DNA from: Hyperthermus butylicus DSM 5456
GTDB lineage: Archaea; Thermoproteota; Thermoprotei_A; Sulfolobales; Pyrodictiaceae
DNA: 32,000 nt
Assembly (NCBI RefSeq): GCF_000015145.1
Contig: NC_008818.1
Coordinates: forward strand, 630,001-662,000
Direction of reading: 5' to 3'
How positions within the stretch are numbered: position 1 is the first letter of the stretch; each line of letters begins with the position of its first letter. The notes under the pieces are model-generated. The model saw only the letters and a list, made by a program, of their open reading frames with translations. It was not told the origin of the DNA and searched no databases. Positions 9,669 through 17,721 of this stretch are shown one piece after another. Made by a program: the position numbers and the translations under genes.

Positions 9669-10230
9669 GACAGCTGCCCCTGAACAGCCACTCCAAAGAG
9701 TGGAGTTGAGGTAATACTAAAAACATTCCCACTACACGGCCACTGGGAACGAAACATGCACACTATCCCACGGCAAACATTACACTATCAGCTGCGCCAT
9801 CTCCCTGGGCGGCAGGCAGTAGATCCCAAGCTATACCACATGCACGCAGTAGCATTGAGCGGTGAGCAGTAGATTAGTGTCACAGCTAGCCAGCGGGATC
9901 GGCAATGATAGCTCCAGCCATAGAGCGTAGCCTGCCCGCTCAATCTGGGCGTAAATCGCTGCTTCGATCCGGGGCTTCGACCTCCTAGGACTCGAAGATG
10001 GCGCGCTAGCGCTTCAGAGCTCGCCGCGTGGAGGCTGGTGAATCGTGTACTATCCCTCTGGTATCCTCCTGGCATAGACTGTCACAAGCTATGGGGATCG
10101 CCGATCTTCGTGGCTGGGAGCTGTGGGCTGGCGTGTCTGGTGGACGGCTGGCCAGAAACCAGCGGTATGTTGTGACGGGCTTCCAGCGTTATGGGGCTGT
10201 TGAGGTGCACGAGGGTGGGGTCCCGTGGTG

Positions 10231-10936
10231 CTAGCATGCTATTATGCCGCGTGGTGTTGGCTTGTACTTGCCCCGGGCGCCCTGGCTGTCTAGCCTCTGG
10301 ACAAGCCCCTTCTCTGCGAGGTCTGTAAGCTTCTTGTGCGCAGTAGACTTGGCCATTTCGAGACTGTCTGATAGCTCCGTCGGGCCCACGGGGTCCCCAT
10401 CTTCTCCCATGCCTCGACAACGCTGCATAGAACTCGCCTGGCAGCCTCGTCTAGTACCTCGCCCCGGAGCGTGTCGGCCCCCACATGGGCTAGTATCGAG
10501 CTATCCTCCATCTCGACTCGGAGGCATATCCTCTCCTGCTCAGCGGGATCCAGCGCTAGCAGCGCAACAGTGGCCGCAATGACTAGGAGGCGGGGCCGCC
10601 AGTCAAGCTCAATACTATGCAGCTACTGGTCTCCCCGAGGGCGCTCCGAAGGATCTTCTTCACCTCCCTTACCAGGCTGGCGAACTCCAGGTCGCCCGCG
10701 CGGTCTCCACCGATTATCCCGGCTGCGTCTAGGCCTACGAGGCTCGAGCTGGCCCCGGTGGAGACTGCTAGCTGGCTAACACTGTTGTAGGCCTTCTCGA
10801 CCCGGCTCCACGCGTCACTGCTAACCCTTAAGCCGACAACGATAATCTTCTTGGGCCGGTGGTCTAGTACGGCGCGTATAACAAACTTCTCGTCGAACCC
10901 CATTGTGGCTATGAGAGTGGGGCACTCCTGGGACAT
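10231..10936 (-). pseudogene. csa3: csa3 (CARF + winged-helix regulator) disrupted by two frameshifts
   Basis: Three consecutive frames reconstruct a ~235-aa Csa3. Frame 1 gives MSQECPTLIATMGFDEKFVIRAVL..KIIVVGL..IVLSLTGG (CARF). Frame 2 gives RPRLLVIAATVALLALDPAEQE...VVEAWEK. Frame 3 gives DPVGPTELSDSLEMAKSTAHKKLTDLAEKGLVQRLDSQG..YKPTPRG (wHTH). The breaks are near 10585-10600 and 10385-10410. Confidence 0.8.
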
Positions 10937-11333
10937 CCCCAGGCATGAAAGTGTCCTCCTCCGGAGGACAAGCCGCAACACCTTACAGCCTATCTGAGGA
11001 GGTTCGGTATAAATCTTACCGGTACACTAGGACGTGAACTAGCCCATCTGTCCGGGTGCTAGGAGGCCCCAACGCTTTGAACGCCGCCGCGGAGACTGGC
11101 CGCCCATACGTATGGCTCTATCAGCGGGAGAACATGGCGCAGCCATGAGCTAGCCTTAGCGCCGTGGACTAGCAGTGGAAGGTACGGATCCCGTGTCCTA
11201 CGATCCAGCCCTGTAGCTGGACCATCGCGGTGCTCTGCTTGGGGTGTAGCTGCGTCTATAGGGGTGTAGCCCGCCCCGTAACCCCAGTGAGGCGAAGGGG
11301 TGTCCTCCCGAGGGGGCGTGTGGTGGCGCGAGG

Positions 11334-13316
11334 GTGCCCGCTGGCGGCCGTGTGAAGGGTGCTGAGGCTACCAGGCTCTACCGGGAGATAATGCAGCCCA
11401 TATACTGGTGCGATGACTGTAGAATGGTTGTGATAGGCTCCTGCTCCTGGTGTAGTAGGGATGGTTTGAGGAGGCTGAGGCTCTCCCAGCCCGGCGATAT
11501 AAGGCCAGCCCACGAGCACGACGTGGCTGTCATCCGGGAGGCTTTGGAGTATAGTGTCGGGCGTAGGGCCGCCCAGAGGCTGCTACCCGGCGGCATGGTC
11601 TTCCTAAATAAGGTCCAGGCTATCGATGCGGCGGACGAGGTTGTAGCAGGGGGCCTGGTTATAGGTACAAGGATATACGACGTGTACCGGCGGCGGTGGC
11701 TCTTCAAGCCAGACCGCGAGGGAGCCGTGCTTGTTGTCGAGGAGAAGCTCGGCCACTATGCTGTCCTGCGCCGCAAGCCCCGGGAGGGCGAGATAGTCGA
11801 GAAGAACGAGCTCCTGGAGGCCGACCTGCCCGGAGAGCCAGGGCTCTACGTGGCTTTCTCGGCTCCTGGAGGGGTCTACGGTGTTGCTAAGACGCTGGAG
11901 CGTGGAGGGCTACGCGTGCTGAAGACCTGGGTTCAGAGGCGCCGTGTCGAGAAACCCGTGCCAGCCGGGGACCGGTCGAGGCTCCTCGAGGTGTTCTCTG
12001 AGAGGCTCGAGAGGCTTGAGAGGGAGGCCGTGGAGTTCCTCGAGAACAGGGTTAAGGGGCTGGGCGACGTAATGGTGGCTGTTAGCGGCGGCAAGGACAG
12101 CACCGTAGCGGCAGCACTCGCCGTGAAGGCGGGGCTCCGCAGGGCATACTTCTTCGACACGGGCATAGAGTTCCCCGAGACCATCGAGACCGCGCACCGG
12201 GTAGCCCAAACCCTGGGCCTGGACATGGCCGAGATAAGTGCTGGCAACACGTTCTGGAGGGCCCTCAGACTATTCGGGCCCCCCGCGCGGGACTACCGGT
12301 GGTGCTGCAAGGTCGTAAAGTTCGCCCCCCTCGCCAAGGCGCTGAAGCCCCTGGTCAAGACCAGGCTGGTAACGGTAACCGGGCAGAGGGGCTACGAGTC
12401 AACCCAGCGGGCAATGGCTGGCAAGCTATCACCCTCCGCCACGACGGGCCGGAGGGACCTCCTAGCCGCGCCCATACAGGAGTGGACGAGCCTAGACGTC
12501 TACGCCTACATATGGAGGGAGAAGCTGCCCCTAAACCCCCTATACGAGATGGGCTACGAGCGCGTCGGCTGCTACCTCTGCCCCACCAGCAGGCTTGCAG
12601 AGATAGACGTAGCCCGGAAACGGCACAGGGAGATGTGGCAGCGGTGGGAGGACTACCTGCACCGCTACGCTAGGAGCAGGGGGCTCCCCCGGATCTGGGT
12701 CGACTACGGGTTCTGGAGGTGGAGGTTCAGCTACCCATCCGAGATGATGCACCTAGCCTACAGGCTAGGCGTAAACCCCCACCGGATGCTGGAGAAGCTC
12801 ATAGTAAGCCATGCCCCCCACAGCATAGAGTACAGCAGGGAGGGCGTCTGCCACACACTACACCTGCTAGACGTAAACCACGACCCCCGCGAGGTATTCG
12901 ACCTCCTCAAAACCACCGGGCTCCGGGACCGTGCCAGGCTAGAACCCGACGGAACCATCGTGGTCGTGGACGAGGAGCAGGACATAGTGCTGAGGCTCCG
13001 GCCCAACGGAGTCCTAGAAGTCTGCGGCAAAGGGCTCCAACGGGCAAGCCCCCGGCGGCTAGCAGCCATGGCACGCAAGATCCTAGCCCCAGCATACATG
13101 TCCGGCGCCTGCTACGGCTGCGAGGTATGCGTAGCAGCATGCCCAACCGGCGCCATGAAAGCAGCCCACAAGGTAGACGTGGGCCGCTGTGCCTCCTGCC
13201 AGACATGCACCTTCGTCTGCCCCGCCGGCGGGAAACTAGCACACCACGCAGTCCTGTCTCTAGAGAATGCACTAGCAGCTGAGAGGCAAAGCAGCCGCAG
13301 GGGAGGAAGGCTGTAG
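11334..13316 (+). CDS. PP-loop ATPase of the PAPS-reductase family, with an N-terminal Zn-ribbon/PUA-like region and a C-terminal 2x[4Fe-4S] ferredoxin domain
   Basis: 660 aa. The Zn ribbon is CDDC..CSWC. The PP-loop is VMVAVSGGKDSTVAAALA. The C-terminal clusters are CYGCEVCVAACP and CASCQTCTFVCP. The true start may be the ATG at 11391 (MQPIYWCDDC). Confidence 0.8.
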   Translation: MPAGGRVKGAEATRLYREIMQPIYWCDDCRMVVIGSCSWCSRDGLRRLRLSQPGDIRPAHEHDVAVIREALEYSVGRRAAQRLLPGGMVFLNKVQAIDAADEVVAGGLVIGTRIYDVYRRRWLFKPDREGAVLVVEEKLGHYAVLRRKPREGEIVEKNELLEADLPGEPGLYVAFSAPGGVYGVAKTLERGGLRVLKTWVQRRRVEKPVPAGDRSRLLEVFSERLERLEREAVEFLENRVKGLGDVMVAVSGGKDSTVAAALAVKAGLRRAYFFDTGIEFPETIETAHRVAQTLGLDMAEISAGNTFWRALRLFGPPARDYRWCCKVVKFAPLAKALKPLVKTRLVTVTGQRGYESTQRAMAGKLSPSATTGRRDLLAAPIQEWTSLDVYAYIWREKLPLNPLYEMGYERVGCYLCPTSRLAEIDVARKRHREMWQRWEDYLHRYARSRGLPRIWVDYGFWRWRFSYPSEMMHLAYRLGVNPHRMLEKLIVSHAPHSIEYSREGVCHTLHLLDVNHDPREVFDLLKTTGLRDRARLEPDGTIVVVDEEQDIVLRLRPNGVLEVCGKGLQRASPRRLAAMARKILAPAYMSGACYGCEVCVAACPTGAMKAAHKVDVGRCASCQTCTFVCPAGGKLAHHAVLSLENALAAERQSSRRGGRL

Positions 13317-13372
13317 GCACGGCAATACACGATAGGCTTGTGGGAGAAAAACCGCTCTGCCGGGCTAGCTCA

Positions 13373-13546
13373 TCAGCTCATTAGCCTGACTATCTTTGGC
13401 TGCGGCTTAACCTTGTAGTCCTCGAGCTTCAGGTAGAGCTCGATAGCTTTCCTGATAACCTCGCTTCTCGTTACACCCTTGAGACGTGCAAACGTGTCTA
13501 GACGCTCGAGGAGTTCTTCGTCCACCTTGAATGTTACAACTCTCAT
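13373..13546 (-). CDS. Small ribbon-helix-helix (CopG/Arc-type) DNA-binding protein
   Basis: 57-aa ORF below the track cutoff, translated by hand: [57 protein letters not shown]. This is a typical RHH pattern of beta strand, helix and helix. Confidence 0.7.
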   Translation of the reverse strand: MRVVTFKVDEELLERLDTFARLKGVTRSEVIRKAIELYLKLEDYKVKPQPKIVRLMS

Positions 13547-13568
13547 CCCGGGACCGCCCCCAACCCCC
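13547..13568. repeat. 22-bp direct repeat, copy 1 (CCCGGGACCGCCCCCAACCCCC)
   Basis: Identical to 14140-14161 when checked base by base. It abuts the start codon of the minus-strand RHH gene. Confidence 0.9.
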
Positions 13569-13684
13569 AGGCTAGAGAGGGGCAGGCACCTCTTGTAGAA
13601 GATTACCGTGCAGGGTATTACTAGAGGACGCTTACAAGCGCCGGACTACATGCGTTTCGCTTAAATAGAGGCCTCTTGTAGAGA

Positions 13685-14071
13685 GTGTATATGGGGCAGA
13701 GAAGAGTGCCGACAATACACCTCTCGCTGCCAGAGAGCGTTTACAACGAGCTAAAGGAATATGCCGATGAGATGGGGATGCAGATTACCAGCCTAGTCAA
13801 GATGCTAATCCGCGAGGGCCTCGAGAAGCTTAGGCGTGAGCGCGCGGAGAGGATGAGGAAGCAGGAGGAGAAGATGACGCAGGTGATGCTTCAGATACTC
13901 AACGAGCTGGAGCAGCTGCGCCGCGAGCTCCAGGAGTTCCGCACATACACCGAGGGCGAGCTATACAGGCTGAACAGTGTAGTATCAAAGCTTAGGAAGA
14001 GGGTTGACAAGCTCGAGGACGAAGTAGAAGCAAGGCTCATCCACGTAGAGGAGCCCGAGCTGGTGCCCTGA
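13685..14071 (+). CDS. RHH domain protein with a C-terminal coiled coil
   Basis: PTIHLSLPESVYNELKEYADEMGMQITSLVKMLIREGL is an RHH fold. It is followed by ~80 aa of heptad-like E/K/R/L-rich sequence. The likely start is the ATG at 13691. TTAAATAG lies at 13661-13668 upstream. Confidence 0.7.
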   Translation: MYMGQRRVPTIHLSLPESVYNELKEYADEMGMQITSLVKMLIREGLEKLRRERAERMRKQEEKMTQVMLQILNELEQLRRELQEFRTYTEGELYRLNSVVSKLRKRVDKLEDEVEARLIHVEEPELVP

Positions 14072-14139
14072 CGCTCACCCGCTTACGCTACGTACGCCCC
14101 CGGCCCCCTGCCGTTGAGGGTCCCCCTGGCGGGCCCCGC

Positions 14140-14161
14140 CCCGGGACCGCCCCCAACCCCC
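14140..14161. repeat. 22-bp direct repeat, copy 2 (CCCGGGACCGCCCCCAACCCCC)
   Basis: Perfect copy of 13547-13568, 593 bp downstream. It is embedded in a cluster of C4-C5 tracts (14095-14195). Confidence 0.9.
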
Positions 14162-14443
14162 TCAAACCACTCGTTCTCCCTGCTGTACCCCCGGAGATAC
14201 ACGTACTACTCCGTTGTGAATAGCTCCGTGTGTGTAGTGTATCTGCATGCTGTGCTCTGTTCTAGCGGTGTTTCCCCAGGGTGTGGGGCCTAGCGGCATC
14301 CATGCATGTTTACCTCTAGGTAAAGTGTTATGGTTGTGTCATGGAGGCTGTGTACATGTGGAGTTGCATGGGTTTTACCTGTATGTTACACTATTTGTAT
14401 TCCCGTTTGCAGTGGGGCCCGTGTTGTTATGGGCTGGTAGCAT

Positions 14444-15352
14444 CTAGGGTCGGATTGGTATCTTGAGGTAGTCCTCTGCTGCAACCACGTTGTCGTGGTG
14501 TATTCTTGCCTCGGCTAGGAGGGGGTCGGGTGTTTCGTAGCGTGCACTTATATGGAATAGTACTAGGAGGCGTGCATCTGCAGTGCTGGCGGCTCTGGCT
14601 GCGTCTCTGGCTGTGCTGTGGCCCTGCTCGTAGGCTTCTCGGGCCATGCTACTGGTGAATGTGGCGTCGTGTATTAGCACTGTGGCGTTGCGGGCAGCCT
14701 CTACCACTGTTGGGCAGGGCCTGGTATCGCCCGTATAGACTATCACTGCGCGGGGCTGCTCCTCCACGACCTCCTCCGGCCTCACAATCCTTCCGGCGAC
14801 GGTGACCGGCTCGCCCCGCTGAAGCTTCGCGAGCAGCGGGCCGGGCTCTATGCCGAGCCTCCTAGCCTTCTCGATGTTTATCCTTGGCTTCCTCCGGGGC
14901 TCAACGAGTCTATACCCCATAGCGGGGATTGTGTGGGAGACAGGGAACGACTCGACCTCCAAGCCGCTGGGCAGCACCAGCTTCTCGCCGGGCTCCAGCT
15001 CCGCCACGTAGAGCGGGAAGCCGGGGAGCCACCTGCTGGCCCTAAAGGCTTCGCGGAGAAAGCCGTAGAGCCCCCGTGGCCCTGCTACGAGGAGCGGCGT
15101 CTTCCTGCCGAGCATCCCCATGGACTGTAGTAGGCCGGGAAGCCCGAAGAAGTGGTCGCCGTGCAGGTGGGTGATGAAGATCGCCTCGACGCGGAGCGGG
15201 CTCAGCCCAGCCCGGGTAAGAGCGGCTTGTGTCCCCTCCCCCGCATCTAGCAGCACTATGCTGCCACGGTGTACCACGGCTATGCTTGGGAGCCCCCGGT
15301 ACCGGGTTGGCACAGCCGCGCTCGTGCCGAGAAAGACTATGCCCAGCTCCAA
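14444..15352 (-). CDS. rnz: Ribonuclease Z (tRNA 3' endonuclease, metallo-beta-lactamase fold)
   Basis: 302 aa. MELGIVFLGTSAAVPT...LLDAGEGTQ...ITHLHGDHFFGLPGLLQSM contains the HxHxDH motif. Length and layout are typical of the short form of RNase Z. Confidence 0.9.
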   Translation of the reverse strand: MELGIVFLGTSAAVPTRYRGLPSIAVVHRGSIVLLDAGEGTQAALTRAGLSPLRVEAIFITHLHGDHFFGLPGLLQSMGMLGRKTPLLVAGPRGLYGFLREAFRASRWLPGFPLYVAELEPGEKLVLPSGLEVESFPVSHTIPAMGYRLVEPRRKPRINIEKARRLGIEPGPLLAKLQRGEPVTVAGRIVRPEEVVEEQPRAVIVYTGDTRPCPTVVEAARNATVLIHDATFTSSMAREAYEQGHSTARDAARAASTADARLLVLFHISARYETPDPLLAEARIHHDNVVAAEDYLKIPIRP

Positions 15353-15361
15353 GGCCCCGGT

Positions 15362-16324
15362 TCAGCCCTCAGACTCGTAGCCAGCCACAGCCTCAAGAAC
15401 GCTTTTCACCGCGTCGGCTGCCAGCCTGCCGACACTGGCTACGTCAACGTCCTCTGGCGCCTTTACAGTATCCGCAACGAGTATATGCACTATACCGGCC
15501 TTCCTCATCTTCTCCAGCGCCTCACCCGCGAAGAGGCCGTGTGTAGCAGCAGCTATCACAACCTCGGCTCCCTGCTCGTAGAGCATCCTAGCAGCCTTAG
15601 CCATGGTGCCGCCGGTGCTGACGATATCGTCTATGAGGACTACAGCTGCGCCACTCACATCCACCAGCTTGGGCCTCAGCACTATCTCTCCCGTAACCCG
15701 GTCCCTCACCTTCTCCAGGTAGTCGAACGGCGCGCCAAGCCTCTCAGCTAGGCTCTTAGCCCTGCCCACCGCGCCCTGATCCGGCGCGATAACGTAGACC
15801 TTCTCCCGGCCCTCAAGCAGCGGACGCAGCTTCTCCGCAAATGCTGGCGCGGGATCAACGTTTACGGCTGGGCCAGGGAACCACTGGAGGCTAACAGTCT
15901 TGTGAATATCAACAGTAACAAAGGCCTCTGCCCCGCTAGCGGCGAGGGAGTAGAAGAGCGCCCTCACGCTAACAGGCTCTCCGCGGAGAAACCTGCGGTC
16001 CTGCCTCGCATACGGAGTATAAGCAGCCACGACAACAACATGCTCCGCACCGAGCCCACGAGCAGCCTCGACCGCCAGGACAGCCTCCCATAGACGCTGC
16101 GTGGGCTCCGGGTAGCCCGTAAACACTATGACCGCAGTGCTTCCCTCAACCTCGCCCGGAAGCCTAACGTAGACCTCGCCGTCAGGGAAAACCTTCACAA
16201 ACCCCTCAACGAGCCTAGCCCCAAGCCCCTCAGCAAGGCCGGAAGCAAAGCTCTCCGGCACAGGCCCAACACGAACGACTACAGCTCCGCCAGCCACACC
16301 CAGCACCCTGGAAGACCAGCCCAC
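15362..16324 (-). CDS. prs: Ribose-phosphate pyrophosphokinase (PRPP synthetase)
   Basis: 320 aa. The PRPP-binding loop is VVLIDDIVSTGGTMAKAARML. ARQDRRF and the flanking blocks are typical of Prs. Confidence 0.9.
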   Translation of the reverse strand: MGWSSRVLGVAGGAVVVRVGPVPESFASGLAEGLGARLVEGFVKVFPDGEVYVRLPGEVEGSTAVIVFTGYPEPTQRLWEAVLAVEAARGLGAEHVVVVAAYTPYARQDRRFLRGEPVSVRALFYSLAASGAEAFVTVDIHKTVSLQWFPGPAVNVDPAPAFAEKLRPLLEGREKVYVIAPDQGAVGRAKSLAERLGAPFDYLEKVRDRVTGEIVLRPKLVDVSGAAVVLIDDIVSTGGTMAKAARMLYEQGAEVVIAAATHGLFAGEALEKMRKAGIVHILVADTVKAPEDVDVASVGRLAADAVKSVLEAVAGYESEG

Positions 16325-16509
16325 GAATTCGAGGAATAAACCCTTAGACTGCCACGCAGGAGCGGAGCTAACTGCAGCTGCTCAGCTAACCGGCTCCCCC
16401 CAGGCAAAGAGCAGCTGCCTAAGAGGCTGACACAGCAATGCTAGGCATACTGTGAGAGTGCTCGCGTAAGGAGCGGAAAAGCTTACCCTACCACGCCTCA
16501 TGGCTAGTT

Positions 16510-17298
16510 ATGGCTAGCCAATCACGCTACGAGGGATCACCCTCTATGATAGCTTTGGGCACCAGCGAGCCGGTTATCAATCCGAAGTCGTTGGTTGAAA
16601 ATACAAGCCTCCATGTGACCGTGCCCTGTTGACGTTCTGGTATAGACCCCTCGATCTCGCCAAGCCCCTCCTGGAGGATGCTGAGGAGGAGTCTATGCCG
16701 AGGAAGATACCTATGCTGAGAAGTATCCAGGGCAGGTATGGCGATGCCAGGATATGTGTCTACAAGCTATACTTTGGTGCGCCAGAGTCCTAGCCCTAGA
16801 ACTACTCATAGCTGCCGGCGTAGAGAAACTTGTTGTCTTCGGCGGTGCTGGCGCCATACATCCTCCCCGAGTCAAGATCTACGACCTTGTCGTGTCCACC
16901 TGGGGTATTAGGGAGGAGGGAACAAGCTACCACTACCTGCCCCCCGGGGTGGTCCCCAAGCCTAGCGAGGACATGGTTAAGCTCCTCGTGGATGCTCTCA
17001 GCCCCGTAGCACAGAGACTCGGCATAGGGCTCCACATCGGCGGCGTGTGGACCACGGATGCAGTGTTCCGCGAAACACGGGACAAGGTCGAAAGTACAGC
17101 TCGAAAGGGGTCTTAGCCGTCGATACGGAGAGCACGGCACTAATGGCAGTAGCAATGTACCGTGACGCTAGCCTGGACATAGCCCTCGTAATAACCGATG
17201 AACTCTACGGAGAACAGTGGAGGTTCTGGAGCGACGACAATAGAATGGCCGAGGTAGAGAAAGAGTACTACACAAGCCCTAATAGATGCTCTCGCTAG
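16510..17298 (+). pseudogene. Nucleoside phosphorylase (PNP/UDP phosphorylase family), multiply frameshifted
   Basis: Family blocks are spread over three frames. They are ..YFGAPE(stop), LALELLIAAGVEKLVVFGGAGAIHP, GGVWTTDAVFRETRDKVE and KGVLAVDTESTALMAVAMYRD. The breaks are near 16600-16625, 16785-16800 and 17090-17093. Confidence 0.75.
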
Positions 17299-17458
17299 AG
17301 CCTAGGCACAAGCCTCATCAAGAACACTTTTACATAGTTCTCACATCATCAATCCCTTGTTTGGCTTGTAGACGGAAAACCCTAGGATGCCAGGATGGAT
17401 GTACGAAAAACAATATTATGCGAGTATGCCAGGATATATAGTGTATGCAGTGCATACA

Positions 17459-17721
17459 ATGACTACAGAGTATACTACCATAAGGGTGAAGAGGGAGACA
17501 AAGAAACTCCTAGAAAAGACACTCGTGGCCATGGAATCGAAGCTAGGCAGAAGACTCGACTATGACACGCTACTACGCCTACTAGCCAGGAAGGCACTCA
17601 GGGGAAACCATGGCTGCTAGAATGGCTAGTCAACAACCCTATAGGACAACACGACACTAACATGGCCCAAGAACTGTTGAGGCGCGAGAGAAAGAGGGAT
17701 GAAAGGCCTTGGGCGCCCTAG
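17459..17721 (+). pseudogene. VapB-like antitoxin with an apparent frameshift
   Basis: MTTEYTTIRVKRETKKLLEKTLVAMESKLGRRLDYDTLLRLLARKAL is followed by a stop at 17620. The +1 frame continues as KPWLLEWLVNNPIGQHDTNMAQELLRRERKRDERPWAP and ends at 17721, overlapping the vapC start as in intact TA pairs. The break is at GGGGAAA (~17601-17607). Confidence 0.55.

Noticed and set aside
10982-11333. The 350-bp csa3 / PP-loop intergenic region considered as a structured RNA gene (SRP or RNase P-like).
   Set aside because: I saw none of the conserved SRP or RNase P sequence blocks. The TTTATA box upstream of csa3 and a 10-bp direct repeat fit an ordinary divergent promoter region.
12299-13330. ORFs overlapping the PP-loop gene: 12299-12673, 12719-13282 (187 aa) and 12907-13320 (137 aa).
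   Set aside because: Their composition (R, P, G, S) and full overlap with a motif-supported 660-aa frame mark them as shadow ORFs.
14247-14447. 66-aa plus-strand ORF in the rnz / RHH convergent intergenic region.
   Set aside because: It lies in the G+T-rich skew patch and has C/V/L/G/F-rich non-protein-like sequence with no upstream promoter-like box.
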